DNA of 64,000 nt, from assembly GCA_965214405.1 (NCBI GenBank), contig OZ243956.1:832001-896000 (forward strand). The letters run 5' to 3'. Position numbers and translations under genes: made by a program. This DNA comes from Trueperaceae bacterium. GTDB taxonomy: Bacteria; Deinococcota; Deinococci; Deinococcales; Trueperaceae. The notes under the pieces were generated by a model. The model was not told the origin of the DNA, ran no database searches, and was given only the letters and a program-made list of their open reading frames with translations. Shown piece after piece: positions 61,673 to 64,000 of the stretch (its first letter is position 1; every line of letters starts with the position of its first letter).

Positions 61673-61829
61673 CTTTTAGAGAGCCTGATTATTGGATATC
61701 TGTCCGACAAAATCTTTGTAAGGGTACTTTTGTAACAGTGTAGAGTGTGACTCAACCTCGTAGCTACTCACCACAAACATTCCCTTTCATGAACGGTGTC
61801 CGGCGCGGAGTGTGGAGCCCGCTCGAGCC

Positions 61830-63476
<1,647 letters not shown>

Positions 63477-63572
63477 GCCCTCATTATAGGGCCAAAAGAG
63501 GGAAACGCTGCGTTGTACGCCCGTGACACAACCTTCCTAGAGAAATCGTAAGCTCAACGCGGGACGTAATGC

Positions 63573-64000
63573 TCACTTAGCAACGGGAACGCTTGTAGTT
63601 TGAACGTCCTCGGACGCACCCAATACATACGTCAGATACTGGTCGATATGCACCGCCGCGATGTTGCCCGTGCCCATCGCCACCGGCACCTGCTGCGTCA
63701 TGGGGCGCACGTCGCCCGCGACCCAGACGCCCTCAACTTCGGTGTTGCCGCGCTGCGTTATGGGCGTGACGTGGCCGGTGGCGGTCGTCTCGAGCCCCAA
63801 CCCCTTCGCCAACTCGCTACGCGGCACTTTAGGACTCGAGACGAAATAGGCGTCATACTCAAGTCTCCGCCCGTCGTCTAAAACCACCGCCGAAACGCAG
63901 CCCTTTTTACCCTCAATTTTGTCGATGGTGCCCTCGAGCCAAGGGACGCCGCGCGCCTCGAGCCATTCCTTGTGTTCAGGTTTCAGCGCCCGCTTGTCAG
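63573..64000 (-). CDS. Thioredoxin-reductase-like FAD/NAD(P) oxidoreductase, C-terminal part (truncated by the window edge)
   Basis: T.VEGVWVAGD and QVPVAMGTGNIAA; frame is open to the window end. Confidence 0.8.
   Translation of the reverse strand, partial: DKRALKPEHKEWLEARGVPWLEGTIDKIEGKKGCVSAVVLDDGRRLEYDAYFVSSPKVPRSELAKGLGLETTATGHVTPITQRGNTEVEGVWVAGDVRPMTQQVPVAMGTGNIAAVHIDQYLTYVLGASEDVQTTSVPVAK

Larger units (their letters stand above)
59735..61690 (-). mobile_element. Integron gene-cassette array without integrase in the window (CALIN-like), three cassettes
   Basis: Three attC sites, each directly downstream of co-oriented AT-richer genes; cassette starts complementary to their own R''. 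Confidence 0.85.

Overview
GC-rich bacterial chromosomal segment whose gene content points to Deinococcota, probably Truepera-like (inference from pilMNO-pilW-pilQ next to aroCKBQ, a ComZ-like tip pilin, a PlsY fusion and many apparently leaderless genes). Core genes: ptb, sppA, lolC/E-like, rsmE, prmA, dnaB, ftsH, type IV pilus/competence genes, aroC/K/B/Q, scpB, a two-component pair, lepA, two HU paralogs, Fe3+ and sugar ABC transporters, uvrA, plsC, sdaAB/AA and a split methylmalonyl-CoA mutase. Accessory DNA: (1) an integron gene-cassette array with three attC sites and no integrase in the window (rpiB, GNAT and antitoxin-VapC cassettes, 59735-61690), lying between the two mutase genes; (2) an AT-rich two-gene island (ParB-like/HEPN-like protein plus Dam-family methyltransferase) in which both genes are broken, one by an amber codon and one by an IS5-family element. 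Other notable signals: a PlsY fused to an acyl-ACP-reductase-like domain, strong over-representation of the palindrome CTCGAG outside the accessory islands, and TAnnnT boxes 6-7 nt upstream of many start codons. No rRNA, tRNA or CRISPR array was seen. All calls come from reading the sequence by eye, with no database searches.
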